DNA of 38,381 nucleotides from Lacipirellula sp. (GCA_041750715.1 JBGSYU010000713.1:1-38381); one strand, 5' to 3'; shown: positions 20,216-30,856, numbered from the stretch's first letter. Notes: generated from the letters alone by a model not told the origin. Program-made: numbers and translations.

Positions 20216-20926
20216 CTACTCACCAGCGCGCGCCTGCCGCGGGGCGTCCTTGTCCTTCACTTTTTCCATCAGCTCTTTGGCTTTGGTCAAGTGCTGCTCG
20301 GTCGTCTTCATGCACTCGTTCAGCAGCGGCTTCATCTGTTGCGAAGCAAACGGCTCCGAACCCTTGATCCCGGCAAGCATGCCCATGTGGGCCATGCATT
20401 GTTGACCCAGGAACGCTTTGTCAAAATCGGCGCCTTCCTTTTCGTTCAATGCTTTGCGGGTCATCGCCAAGCACTCTTCCTTGATCTGCCGCGCCATCAT
20501 CAGTTGCGGGTCCATCGCGACAGCTTGCTGATCGTTGGCGGCCGGCTGGGAATCGCCGTCCGCATTGCGGAGCATAAGATTCATGCTAGCAAGCTGGGGC
20601 GCCGCCTTCTCAATCTTCGAGATCGCTTGCTGGTGATGCTCGATCAGCATCTCGGCGAACTTCTTCACGTCCTCGTGGTCCGCCTTCTCAACGCCCAATT
20701 TGGCCAGCGCCACTTCTTCTTGGTTCGACAACAACGCACACGCGGCGATGTGTTTGTCCAAATTGCCGGGTCGACCGGCCTGCCCCTGCTGATTTGACTG
20801 TCCAGCTTGTTGGGAATTGGCGCCGGCTGGACGTTCCTGCGTGGCGTCCGTCGCCGACTGGGCAAAGCTTTGGCCTGCACAGGCGACCGCCAAAACTAAC
20901 GCCGAAGCAATACAAAATTTCATCAC
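20216..20926 (-). CDS. Secreted DUF4142 (ferritin-like) domain protein
   Basis: Signal peptide; NQEEVALAKLG..VKKFAEMLIEHH, GADFDKAFLGQQCMAH, TEQHLTKAK; GGGAG RBS. Confidence 0.8.
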   Translation of the reverse strand: MMKFCIASALVLAVACAGQSFAQSATDATQERPAGANSQQAGQSNQQGQAGRPGNLDKHIAACALLSNQEEVALAKLGVEKADHEDVKKFAEMLIEHHQQAISKIEKAAPQLASMNLMLRNADGDSQPAANDQQAVAMDPQLMMARQIKEECLAMTRKALNEKEGADFDKAFLGQQCMAHMGMLAGIKGSEPFASQQMKPLLNECMKTTEQHLTKAKELMEKVKDKDAPRQARAGE

Positions 20927-21207
20927 AATCTCTCCCTAGTAATTTAAGTTAGGCGGCGTCCACGAAATTGGCCGCCGCGTTAGTGAACGGTGTCCTTTCA
21001 ATCATCCGAATCGAATCAAAAACATCTTCCTCCTTTGTGAGCAGGTCGCCGGGAACCGACCTCGACAACATCCCGAAGCCTTCGCAATGAGCCACGTTCG
21101 TCCCAGTCGTGATCTACGAGAAGTCACAGCGTCGCCGTTAAGAGTTAGCGACGACCGCATGACGGCCGCATTAAGTGCGATCTCCAAGTGCGATCTCCCT
21201 TAGGCGT

Positions 21208-21222
21208 GCAACGCATGTGCCG
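21208..21222 (-). promoter_or_regulatory. Putative sigma54 promoter for the DUF4142 gene
   Basis: Minus strand reads CGGCACATGCGTTGC. Confidence 0.65.
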
Positions 21223-21403
21223 CGATTCTCAACAATCCCTTAAAGGGCAAATTGCGGTGCTCCGCTTCATGCTGCCCGCAAATCGCCGCGTTGGTCATCG
21301 AGCAATCGCCGCTTACGACGATTCGGTTGCGCACGGACCGACCGCGCCGGTCAATCCAGGACCACAGCGCGAGTCGTTGCTTTTGGGGCGGCGTTTTATC
21401 CCT

Positions 21404-21439
21404 TGAACCAGGCGGTACGGCTGAACCAGGCGGTACGGC
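21404..21439. repeat. Perfect 18 bp tandem duplication
   Basis: TGAACCAGGCGGTACGGC x2, immediately upstream of a sigma54-like motif. Confidence 0.9.
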
Positions 21440-21445
21440 GACCTA

Positions 21446-21460
21446 CGGCACGGCATATGC
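21446..21460 (+). promoter_or_regulatory. Putative sigma54 promoter for the general stress protein (and possibly the kinase)
   Basis: CGGCACGGCATATGC, ~77 nt before ATG 21537. Confidence 0.6.
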
Positions 21461-21536
21461 TCGGATCGCTCCTACCCGTTCCGTCGGCGACATCGGGGTT
21501 GCTGCGCTCGCCGGCTTTCACCAAGAGGACCTAAAC

Positions 21537-22061
21537 ATGCACCGAGACGCCCACCGAGACGCCGTAGTAGCAGTTTTTTCTACCGCAGAAATCGCGAAGC
21601 AGGCGGTCGCCCGCCTCGACGGAGCCGGATTTGACGTACACGTCTCACTCATCACTCGCGGCGATGAAAGCGAACTGGACGCCTCGAGTCTGGTCGATCA
21701 CGGCGACCAGATGGAGAAGACCGCGGCCATCGGCGCAGCCGCTGGCGCCACGATCGGGCTCTTGGCCAGTTCGGCCTTGCTGATCGTTCCCGGCTTAGGC
21801 CCCGTCTTGTTCGTCGGAGCGATGGCCAGCGGAATTACTGGCGGATTGGTCGGTGGTCTCGTCGGCGCTATGGGTGGCTGGGGCGTTGAAGAAAATCACG
21901 TCCGCCAGTACGAACGCGAGTTGCAAAGCGGCAAGACGCTGGTTCTAGTCGCGGACGGCGACCCGCTAAGACTCGCCGAGGCTCAGTCGATACTGGATGA
22001 CACCGACGCCGAGCGAGTCGAGCTCCACGCGGAATCCGCCGACGTGCCCGTCGATAGGTGA
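21537..22061 (+). CDS. General stress protein 17M-like / Gly-zipper membrane protein
   Basis: GAGG RBS; AVVAVF...AVARLDGAGF..VSLI, Gly-rich hairpin IVPGLGPVLFVG..GGLVGGLVGAMGGWGV, YERELQSGKTLVLV. Confidence 0.75.
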   Translation: MHRDAHRDAVVAVFSTAEIAKQAVARLDGAGFDVHVSLITRGDESELDASSLVDHGDQMEKTAAIGAAAGATIGLLASSALLIVPGLGPVLFVGAMASGITGGLVGGLVGAMGGWGVEENHVRQYERELQSGKTLVLVADGDPLRLAEAQSILDDTDAERVELHAESADVPVDR

Positions 22062-22166
22062 TTCGCCGCCGCCGCATACGCCGCAATGTGGGCCGGATGG
22101 TCGCCCGTGCAGTGCCCGATTGCGGTTGTCGCCGAGAAATACGATAATTTCGTTATCTGAAACGAC

Positions 22167-25100
22167 ATGTCGGCGTCTCCGTGCCGAAGTCTTCCTCGGC
22201 TCACCCAACTGACGGAAGCGCAGCTCGACAATGCGCCCCCACTCGTTCTGAACGGCGAAGTCCCTCATATCCTGCTGGCCGAGGCCGACGCCGACGCGCG
22301 AGAGCACGTTAGGCGTTCGCTCGGCGACGGATTTCATGTAACTGCGTTCGCCGACGGGAAAGCCGCGCTACAAGCCGCCCTAGAGCACCCCCCCGATCTC
22401 GTGCTGACGGGAGTCGAGTTGCCGACGCTCGACGGTGGCGCGCTGATCCGCGCCCTCCGCAAGCACGAGCGTACCTCGGAAGTTCCCGTCATCATGCTGT
22501 CCGCGCGGATCGGCGAATCGGAGCTAGCCGGACTCGACGCCTGCGCCGACGAGTATCTTCTAACGCCCACGATCGCCAGCGAGCTTCGTGCGCGCGTGGC
22601 GGCCCAACTCTCACGAAGCAACCGGTGTCGGGAAGCCCTCAACCGCGAACGAGCGCTTCGGCTCGAAGCCGAGACGCAATTAGACCGGGTGAAGAAACAA
22701 TTCGCCCAGCGCGAGAACGTCGAGTCCGCGCTGCGTGATAGCGAAGAGCAATTTCGCGCGATCATGATGAACGCTCCGGTGGCGGTTTACATTAAGGATC
22801 TCGAAGGCCGCTACACCTTGTGCAATCCGCTGGCGTCGCAAGCGTTGGGCCGCACGGACGGCGCCGCCGGACTAACCGACCACGAACTTCTTCCCGCCGC
22901 CGCGGCGGAGCGTCTTCGGCAGGGCGATCTGCAGGTGATCTCGTCGGGCCAGTCGCTTGAGGTTGAAGAACTGGTGCCAACGCCGGCCGGCGATCGATTC
23001 TTTCTTTCCGTTAAATTCCCGTTGCGCAGCGCCGATGGGGAAGTCGCCGGCGTGTGCGGCGTCTCGGTCGACGTTACCGAGCGAAAGCAGGCGCAGCAAG
23101 CGTTGCGCGAGAGCGAGCGCCGGCTACTGCTCGCCACGCAGGCGGGCAAGGTCGGCGTCTGGGCCTGGGACGTCGACGGCAACCGCGTCTCGTGGTCGGA
23201 ATCGCTGCAAAATATCCTCGGCATTCACCCGCAGGAGCTGGGCGACTTCGAGGGGTTCGAGTCGCTCGTTCACGGCGACGACCGAGCCGATGTGCAGCGA
23301 TCGATTCTGCACGCTCTCGAAAACGACGCCCCGCTAGAAATCGAGTTTCGAGCCCTTCGTCCCGACGGAGGCTTCGTCTGGCTGTTCAGCAATGCGTCGG
23401 TCATCCGCGAGGGCGGCCGGGCGGTGCGAATGCTCGGCGCCACGCTGGACATCACCGAGCGAAAGCAGAGCGAAATCGCGTTGCGCGAGAGCGAGGAGCG
23501 GTTTCGCACGCTGGCCGACCACGCGCCGGTGGGTATTTTTCGGTCCGACGTCCGCGGCGGCAACGTCTTCGTCAACGAGCATTGGTGCGCCATGGCGGGC
23601 CTAACGAGAGACCAGGCGCACGGCGACGGATGGACCACCGCGATTCATCCCGACGATTACGATCGCGTAATGCAAGACTGGCAAGCGTCCATCGCGAATG
23701 GAGCGGCGTCGGCTGCGGAGTTTCGCTTCCTGCGGCCCGACGGCGTCGTTACCTGGCTGCAGGGAAACGCGGTGCCGCTGCGCGACGCGACAGGGAGCCT
23801 CATGGGCTACATCGGCACCATCGCCGATATCACCGCTCGCAAGGAAGCGGAGTCCGCGCTTCGCAATAGCGAGCGAATGTATCGCGCCATTGGCGAGTCC
23901 ATCGACTACGGCATTTGGGTGTGCGACGCCGAAGGCCAGAACATCTACACCAGCGAGTCCTTCTTGAAGCTAGTTGGACGCACGCAGGAGCAATGCTCCA
24001 GCCTGGGATGGAGCGACGTTCTCCATCCCGACGACGTCGAGCAGACGATAACGGCATGGAATCAATGCGTCAGAACCGGCGCCTCGTGGGACGTCGAGCA
24101 CCGGTTCCGCAGCGTCGACGGCGAGTGGCGCCCGGTGCTAGCGCGCGGCGTGCCGGTGAAAAACGAACGCGATGAGATCATCGCCTGGGTCGGAATCAAT
24201 CTCGACATCAGCGAGCTTAAAGAAGTCGAACACGAGCTGCGCGAGAGCGAGGCCCGGTTCCGCAACATGGCCGATAACGCCCCCGTGCTCATCTGGGTGC
24301 ATGGCGTCGGAGGGTGCCAGTATGTGAACGAGGAATTCATGCAGTTCGTCGGCGGCGCCCTGGCCGACGTGCAAGGAACGAATTGGACTAATTTTATTCA
24401 TCCGGACGACGGCGATTACGTCGAAAAATACCGTGAGGCGTTTGAGCGTCGCCAACCGATCGACGCCCAGTACCGCTTCCGCCGCGCCGACGGCCAATAC
24501 CGCTGGCTGGCCGCCACCGGTGCGCCCCGGTTCCGGCCGGACGGCGCCTTTCTCGGTTACGTCGGCTGCTCGGTCGATATCACCGACATCAAGAATTCCG
24601 AGGCCGCCCTGCAAGACGCCGATCGGCGAAAAGACGATTTCCTCGCCATGCTGGGGCACGAGCTTCGCAATCCGCTCGCCGGCATCGTCTCGGGGGCCCA
24701 GGTGCTCAGCATGCTTCCGCTCGACGACGAAGCCGCGGAAATGCAGGCCGTTATCGCGCGGCAGTCGTCGTACATGTCGCGTATCGTCGACGATCTGCTC
24801 GACGTGTCCCGCATTACCCGCGGCAAGCTGCGACTGCGGCACCAGTATACGAACCTTTGCGACCTGCTACGCGACACCGTCGACGACTATCGTAAGAGCC
24901 GTGCGCTCGACCGGTGTCAGCTACGCGTCGATATGCCGGACGCCGATCTGTGGGCGTGGGCCGATCCGGCGAGATTGGCCCAGGCGTTCTCAAATATTAT
25001 TCACAACAGCTATAAATTCAGCGACGGTCCGAACGTGATCACGATCGAGCTGGCCGCCGATTTGGAGCGGTCCGAGGCGACGATCGCCGTGAGCGACCGC

Positions 25101-25721
25101 GGCATTGGGATGTCGCGAGAAACGCTCGATCGGATTTTTGAGCCGTTCATCCAGGCCGACGCCAGCTTAGAGCGCACTCGCGGCGGCCTTGGGCTGGGTC
25201 TGGCCCTCACGAAGGGGTTAATCCGCCTGCATGGCGGCTCGGTCTCCGCGGACAGCGACGGACTTGGCCGGGGGGCGATCTTCACCATTAAGCTCCCCTC
25301 GGTTCCGGCGCCCGGCAGCGCCCCCGCGAGCGAGGCTCCGAGCGTCGTCGTGCAGCAGCGAGTTCTCATCATCGACGACCGGCGAGATGCCATTCTCCCC
25401 CTGCAGAAGATGCTGCAAATGGACGGTCACACCGTGGCCACGGCTGTGGACGGGCCTTCAGGCCTGGCGACGGCGGCCGACTTTTTGCCGCAGGTCGTGC
25501 TGTGCGATATCGCCTTGTCCGGTAATTTGAACGGTTACGAGGTATGCCGCGCCCTGCGGAATACGCCGCAAACCGCGTCGACCTACCTGGTCGCGGTCAC
25601 CGGATTCGGGCACGAAGACGCCAAACGGATGGCGAAGGAAGCGGGGTTCGACTACCACCTGACCAAGCCCGTGGGAAAGCAGCAACTTCGCGACCTGCTC
25701 GCTCGGCGCCCTACTTTTTGA
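22167..25721 (+). CDS. Cytoplasmic hybrid sensor kinase: pseudo-REC, 5 PAS, HisKA, HATPase_c, REC
   Basis: Five PAS/PAC units ending DVTERK, DITERK, DITARK, DISELK and DITDIK; H-box MLGHELRNPL; N box NIIHNSYKF; G boxes DRGIG and GGLGLGL; C-terminal REC (IIDD, LCDI, LTKP). No TM helix seen. Confidence 0.93.
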   Translation: MSASPCRSLPRLTQLTEAQLDNAPPLVLNGEVPHILLAEADADAREHVRRSLGDGFHVTAFADGKAALQAALEHPPDLVLTGVELPTLDGGALIRALRKHERTSEVPVIMLSARIGESELAGLDACADEYLLTPTIASELRARVAAQLSRSNRCREALNRERALRLEAETQLDRVKKQFAQRENVESALRDSEEQFRAIMMNAPVAVYIKDLEGRYTLCNPLASQALGRTDGAAGLTDHELLPAAAAERLRQGDLQVISSGQSLEVEELVPTPAGDRFFLSVKFPLRSADGEVAGVCGVSVDVTERKQAQQALRESERRLLLATQAGKVGVWAWDVDGNRVSWSESLQNILGIHPQELGDFEGFESLVHGDDRADVQRSILHALENDAPLEIEFRALRPDGGFVWLFSNASVIREGGRAVRMLGATLDITERKQSEIALRESEERFRTLADHAPVGIFRSDVRGGNVFVNEHWCAMAGLTRDQAHGDGWTTAIHPDDYDRVMQDWQASIANGAASAAEFRFLRPDGVVTWLQGNAVPLRDATGSLMGYIGTIADITARKEAESALRNSERMYRAIGESIDYGIWVCDAEGQNIYTSESFLKLVGRTQEQCSSLGWSDVLHPDDVEQTITAWNQCVRTGASWDVEHRFRSVDGEWRPVLARGVPVKNERDEIIAWVGINLDISELKEVEHELRESEARFRNMADNAPVLIWVHGVGGCQYVNEEFMQFVGGALADVQGTNWTNFIHPDDGDYVEKYREAFERRQPIDAQYRFRRADGQYRWLAATGAPRFRPDGAFLGYVGCSVDITDIKNSEAALQDADRRKDDFLAMLGHELRNPLAGIVSGAQVLSMLPLDDEAAEMQAVIARQSSYMSRIVDDLLDVSRITRGKLRLRHQYTNLCDLLRDTVDDYRKSRALDRCQLRVDMPDADLWAWADPARLAQAFSNIIHNSYKFSDGPNVITIELAADLERSEATIAVSDRGIGMSRETLDRIFEPFIQADASLERTRGGLGLGLALTKGLIRLHGGSVSADSDGLGRGAIFTIKLPSVPAPGSAPASEAPSVVVQQRVLIIDDRRDAILPLQKMLQMDGHTVATAVDGPSGLATAADFLPQVVLCDIALSGNLNGYEVCRALRNTPQTASTYLVAVTGFGHEDAKRMAKEAGFDYHLTKPVGKQQLRDLLARRPTF

Positions 25722-25884
25722 GCCGAACAACGAAGTTTGGTTTCAGTCGCGGCGGCGCCTTGAAACTCGAGCAAGAGGCGAAAGCCTCGTTACTCTCGTA
25801 AATCGGCAGGACTGAGATAAAATGCGTAGCAATGAGTCGCCGCTCCCCATAGAACCAGGCGAACGGCAAAGTGCCGCGCGCACC

Positions 25885-25942
25885 GTCATTCTGAGGTACT
25901 CCGAAGAATCTGGCCAGACTCTTCGGAATACCTCAGAGTGAC
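25885..25942. repeat. GTCATTCTGAG-family near-perfect palindrome (copy 1)
   Basis: 58 bp GTCATTCTGAGGTACTCCGAAGAATCTGGCCAGACTCTTCGGAATACCTCAGAGTGAC; near-identical copy at 32519. Confidence 0.85.
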
Positions 25943-26051
25943 AGCTTCCGGACTTTGCAGTTTTCCTGCCCACAAGATGGCGAGATCGCCATCACACAGT
26001 TTTTTTCACCAACTTGGGACGCCCGACGCCCGGGCGCCAAACCATCGAACT

Positions 26052-27497
<1,446 letters not shown>

Positions 27498-27563
27498 CCA
27501 GTTCCGCGTACGTCGGTCAACTGCGTGTTCGTCCGTCATCAACTCCGCGTACGTCGGTCAACC

Positions 27564-27626
27564 GTCATCCTGAGCGGAGCGAAGGATCTGGCGAGATCCT
27601 AGATTCTTCGCTCCGCTCGGAATGAC
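27564..27626. repeat. GTCATCCTGAG-family inverted repeat, preceded by a 19 bp direct repeat (27503, 27544)
   Basis: GTCATCCTGAGCGGAGCGAAGGATCT / AGATTCTTCGCTCCGCTCGGAATGAC: 26 bp arms with 3 mismatches. TCCGCGTACGTCGGTCAAC occurs twice just upstream. Confidence 0.8.
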
Positions 27627-27651
27627 ATGCTCCTCGTCGTAATATTTCGAG

Positions 27652-27879
27652 TCACCAGGGCTTCAGTTTCCATCCAAGAATAAAGCCGACGCCGAACGCC
27701 CACATCGCCACCACTTCGGGCCGCTCGCGGGCGTATTGCGAGAAGAACTCAGCCGCGGCCTCCGGCACGCTTAGCTCGTCGCTGCCGCGTCCAGATTGGC
27801 CCCACGTCAGGTCGCCGGAATTCTCCTGGCTTCCGAAGTTTGAAGGGAGTCCAGTACCAGTAGCTGTTGTTCCGGGCAT
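27652..27879 (-). CDS. Small tail-anchored protein, DUF883/YqjD C-terminus-like
   Basis: GGAGG RBS; YARERPEVVAMWAFGVGFILGWKLKPW C-terminal anchor. Confidence 0.75.
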   Translation of the reverse strand: MPGTTATGTGLPSNFGSQENSGDLTWGQSGRGSDELSVPEAAAEFFSQYARERPEVVAMWAFGVGFILGWKLKPW

Positions 27880-27923
27880 GGTCGCCTCCGAGAAAGTTTC
27901 GAGGGGTTAACCGGCGAGCAGTA

Positions 27924-28370
27924 TCAGTCGGAACGCGTCGCCGTCAAGGGTTGAGTCAGCATTTCCTTCAACCAGCGAACGTTGTGCCGAAGTTCGCTGC
28001 GAAAGCGATGGAGCATCGGCTGCTCGCGCTTGAGCAGCATCGCGCCGACGGTGCCAAAGATTGCCGCGATCGCCACGCTCACCGCCGCGGCAATGAGCAT
28101 CGACGTCGACAACGATAATTCAGTCGCCGCAGCCAGGTAGTATCCCAAGCTCAAGAGCAAGACCGGCACGCTGGCCAACGCAAAAACCAACGCCGCGACG
28201 AGAGCCGCCACTCCTCTCACGAAGGCGCGGCCCCACTCTCGCAAGTCAGCTTGTAGTAGATCGGCCAGCAGTTCGGCGAGCGTCAGTACGTCGCTGCCAA
28301 GCTGTCGCACGCTCCCGCTCTTGCCTCGTTCAATGTCGGCCGATGGCGCGTGCTCGTTTTGCGTCGTCAT
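27924..28370 (-). CDS. YqjE-like (phage-holin-superfamily) two-TM membrane protein
   Basis: LGSDVLTLAELLADLLQADLRE helix, two TM segments, RSELRHNVRWLKE. Start overlaps the upstream stop (ATGA). Confidence 0.75.
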   Translation of the reverse strand: MTTQNEHAPSADIERGKSGSVRQLGSDVLTLAELLADLLQADLREWGRAFVRGVAALVAALVFALASVPVLLLSLGYYLAAATELSLSTSMLIAAAVSVAIAAIFGTVGAMLLKREQPMLHRFRSELRHNVRWLKEMLTQPLTATRSD

Positions 28371-28573
28371 CGCTTCACCAGCCTTCCCAAGACGATGCCA
28401 ATGGCCAGCCCGGCGGCAACGGTCGCCAAGGGGTTCGCGCCGACGGCGCTCTTGGCCGCGTCGATAATTCGCGTTCGCCACGCAGGGGCCATGGCGGCAC
28501 GGTCCGTCCGCGGCGTCCGGAAAACGGCTGCTGAGGCGCCGCGAGCGTGGCCATCCTCAAGTCGATTGATCAT
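28367..28573 (-). CDS. Small tail-anchored DUF883-like protein
   Basis: VGANPLATVAAGLAIGIVLGRLVKR C-terminus; translationally coupled to the next gene. Confidence 0.7.
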   Translation of the reverse strand: MINRLEDGHARGASAAVFRTPRTDRAAMAPAWRTRIIDAAKSAVGANPLATVAAGLAIGIVLGRLVKR

Positions 28574-28593
28574 GGTCGTCGTCGCTTCCGCCT

Positions 28594-29103
28594 CTAGCGA
28601 GGCCGGTTGAACTTCTCGCGAATTTCCACTTGCCGTGCGAGTTCCTCGTCGGCGGAGTTCTGCTCATCATCTCGTTCGTCGCGACCCGCCTTCGGCGTGC
28701 GATTCTGCCCGAGCGTTGCTACGAAGTGTTGGCCGTAATTCATGGCAGCCCGAAAGACGAGCGGCGCCGCCATACCTGCGAGCGTGGCGAACATCCCCTT
28801 GCTGGCGGTAGCCGCTTCGGGGAGCGCCGATGCCGTCTTGATGCCGTGCTTTTTAAGCAGAGCGATCAACTCCTGGGCGTCGGCGCTACTAAGGTCGGTG
28901 GAGGCGGCCTTGTCCTTCCGTTTAGGCACTAGCAAGAATCCCAACGCCGCCGCGGCGCCTAGGCAAAGCAACGGGTGCTTTCGCACATGGCCGCGCCAAT
29001 CGGCCAGGGCCTTCGCCGACCGCACGATGCCCGCCACGTCGTCACCCACTTCGAGACGCACCTCGTCCATGCGTTTGCGGATATTGTCGGCCGATTCGCT
29101 CAT
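28594..29103 (-). CDS. DUF3618-like / YqjK-like membrane-associated protein
   Basis: SADNIRKRMDEVR N-terminal helix and VRKHPLLCLGAAAALGFLLVPK hydrophobic motif; lies within a csbD-DUF883-yqjE-type run. Confidence 0.65.
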   Translation of the reverse strand: MSESADNIRKRMDEVRLEVGDDVAGIVRSAKALADWRGHVRKHPLLCLGAAAALGFLLVPKRKDKAASTDLSSADAQELIALLKKHGIKTASALPEAATASKGMFATLAGMAAPLVFRAAMNYGQHFVATLGQNRTPKAGRDERDDEQNSADEELARQVEIREKFNRPR

Positions 29104-29214
29104 ATTAAAAATCATCCTCGTAAGCAAAAACCTTCGGAGCGTTAACTTTCGTAACTGACGCTGCCGACCACCCTACAAGGATAGCCCTACAAGGATAGCA
29201 CGAGGAATCGCGAC

Positions 29215-29263
29215 TAAAAAAATTCGGTCGCTAAATGCTGCCGCATTATCGCCGCAGCGACCG
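29215..29263 (-). terminator. Possible terminator after csbD
   Basis: CGGTCGCT...AGCGACCG stem followed on the minus strand by AATTTTTTT. Confidence 0.45.
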
Positions 29264-29265
29264 CG

Positions 29266-29697
29266 TTAATACCGCGAGCCCGACCTCATCATCAGGCCGA
29301 TGACGACCCCCGCGATCAGCCCGGCGCCGAACCCTACGGCTAACGACTCCATCGGACGCTGTTGAATCATTCGCTCGGTTTGCCCGTAGCCGCCACGCAT
29401 CATTTCCGCGGCGCGTTGCCGTGCGTCGTCGACCGACTCGACGGCGCTCGAGGCGTAGCTGCGAACCGCCTCGGCAGCCTTGCTGACTCCACCCGCGCCG
29501 CCGGCGGACACATCGGAAAGGAATTGCTCGATGCCTTCGCGGGCTTCGCCCGTTTTCCGTTGAATGACCCCGACCAATTGGTCGACGCTGCCGCGAGCCT
29601 TCTGGAGGTCATCTTGCGTAAGTTGGCCCCATCGTTCGTGCAGCTTGCCCTTGATCTCGTTCCAGTTTCCCTCAAGCGTCTGTTGATTCATTTTCAT
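29266..29697 (-). CDS. csbD: CsbD/YjbJ family protein fused to a DUF883-like C-terminal anchor
   Basis: MNQQTLEGNWNEIKGKLHERWGQLTQDDL...DQLVGVIQRKTG (CsbD), then IQQRPMESLAVGFGAGLIAGVVIGLMMR. Confidence 0.88.
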   Translation of the reverse strand: MKMNQQTLEGNWNEIKGKLHERWGQLTQDDLQKARGSVDQLVGVIQRKTGEAREGIEQFLSDVSAGGAGGVSKAAEAVRSYASSAVESVDDARQRAAEMMRGGYGQTERMIQQRPMESLAVGFGAGLIAGVVIGLMMRSGSRY

Positions 29698-29780
29698 CGC
29701 CTCAATCCTTCTCTTAATGGTAATGCTAGTGTCTGCTGGTCGCTTTCGGACGCACGACGGCCGAGATGACTACGGTAGGT

Positions 29781-29795
29781 GCAATAGCCATGCCG
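29781..29795 (-). promoter_or_regulatory. Putative sigma54 promoter for the csbD operon
   Basis: Minus strand reads CGGCATGGCTATTGC, ~84 nt before ATG 29697. Confidence 0.7.
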
Positions 29796-30021
29796 TTCGG
29801 GCAACGGGCATTTAAGACTTCACAAATATCCCCGAACTGGCCGTTCGCGTCCCGGTTGCGTCGAGCCTTTGCACGCTTTGCTTAAGCGAAAGCCACCGTG
29901 GTCGCGCAGCGACCCAGGGCTAGGATTATAGGCCGTCCGCATGCTAGTTACGCAGCTAGTATAACCTGCCCGGATGACTCAGAAAACGCATTCCAGAATA
30001 AGCGGCTTCATAACTCCATAG

Positions 30022-30036
30022 TGGCACGAAGAATGC
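30022..30036 (+). promoter_or_regulatory. Putative sigma54 promoter towards the BON gene
   Basis: TGGCACGAAGAATGC. Confidence 0.6.
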
Positions 30037-30140
30037 CCCTTCTGCCAGTCGCGTCGGAACGCCTGGCCTACGTCGTGCCGTTTAATCGGCGCTGCCGGCC
30101 GACCGCCGCGATAATAATCCATTTCGGGAGCCACGGAAGT

Positions 30141-30235
30141 GCCGACGGGCGAATCGCCGAGCAAGTCGGCCGATCGTCGCTACGGTGTCCGCGCCGATCG
30201 GCGGCTTGCCGCCTTCGCCCGTCGGTTGGTTTTTT
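30141..30235 (+). terminator. Long stem-loop with U-tract in the leader of the BON gene
   Basis: GCCGACGGGCGAA/TTCGCCCGTCGGT, GCAAGTCG/CGGCTTGC and GCCGATCG/CGATCGGC stacked helices, followed by TTGGTTTTTT. Confidence 0.55.
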
Positions 30236-30298
30236 CCGTTGGCTCCGCTTCGCTGTGGATTCGATCACTCCGCACGTCGCTCCCTCCGTTCAGGGTCT

Positions 30299-30685
30299 AT
30301 GTCTATCCGCAAACAGGCGACGGAGCTCGATGAGGATAGGGCAGGCTCGGCCCTTTCCAAGCAGGACGCCTGTGGGGTCGGCAGTCCGCCGTCCCACAGC
30401 TTGGCGCCGTTGGAACGCCAAGCTGTCGCTCGGCAGGGCACGGCGGCTTCCCAGCACAGTCGAGATCGGCAGGAACTGCGCATCCGCGTCGTTGCCTCAT
30501 TAGTCGACTCGGGATACGCTGCTCTAGCGCTGGTCGGATGCGACGTCGAAGAGCAGCGCGTGGTCCTCAGCGGGTCCGTCCCCAGCTATCATCTCAAGCA
30601 GTTGGCGCAAGTGTACGTCCAGCGCGTCGAGGGGATCGGCGAGATCGACAACCGTCTGGAAGTGCGCCGGCGCGGCCGCGGTTAG
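30299..30685 (+). CDS. BON-domain protein
   Basis: LRIRVVASL...VVLSGSVPSYHLKQLAQ..VEGIGEIDNRLEV. Confidence 0.85.
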   Translation: MSIRKQATELDEDRAGSALSKQDACGVGSPPSHSLAPLERQAVARQGTAASQHSRDRQELRIRVVASLVDSGYAALALVGCDVEEQRVVLSGSVPSYHLKQLAQVYVQRVEGIGEIDNRLEVRRRGRG

Positions 30686-30856
30686 GCCAAAAGGCTCGCG
30701 GGATCGCGGTGCGGAACTCTTCACCACCAGTCGTCATGCTTGCGGGGCGCTGGAGCGACTCGAGCATGACGGAAGAGGTCGGCTAACAAAAAAGCGTTGG
30801 CGATCGCCCCGCGACCGCCAACGCTTGAACTACGGAACCGCTTGACCGCGCCGTCG

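Noticed and set aside
20930-21200. CsrA-sponge sRNA in the DUF4142 leader (several GGA motifs)
   Set aside because: GGA count is not clearly above expectation for this GC content, and the motifs are not in regular hairpin loops.
27924-28370. Prophage, suggested by the holin-like protein
   Set aside because: No phage structural, lysis or integrase genes; the context matches cellular YqjE-like stress operons.
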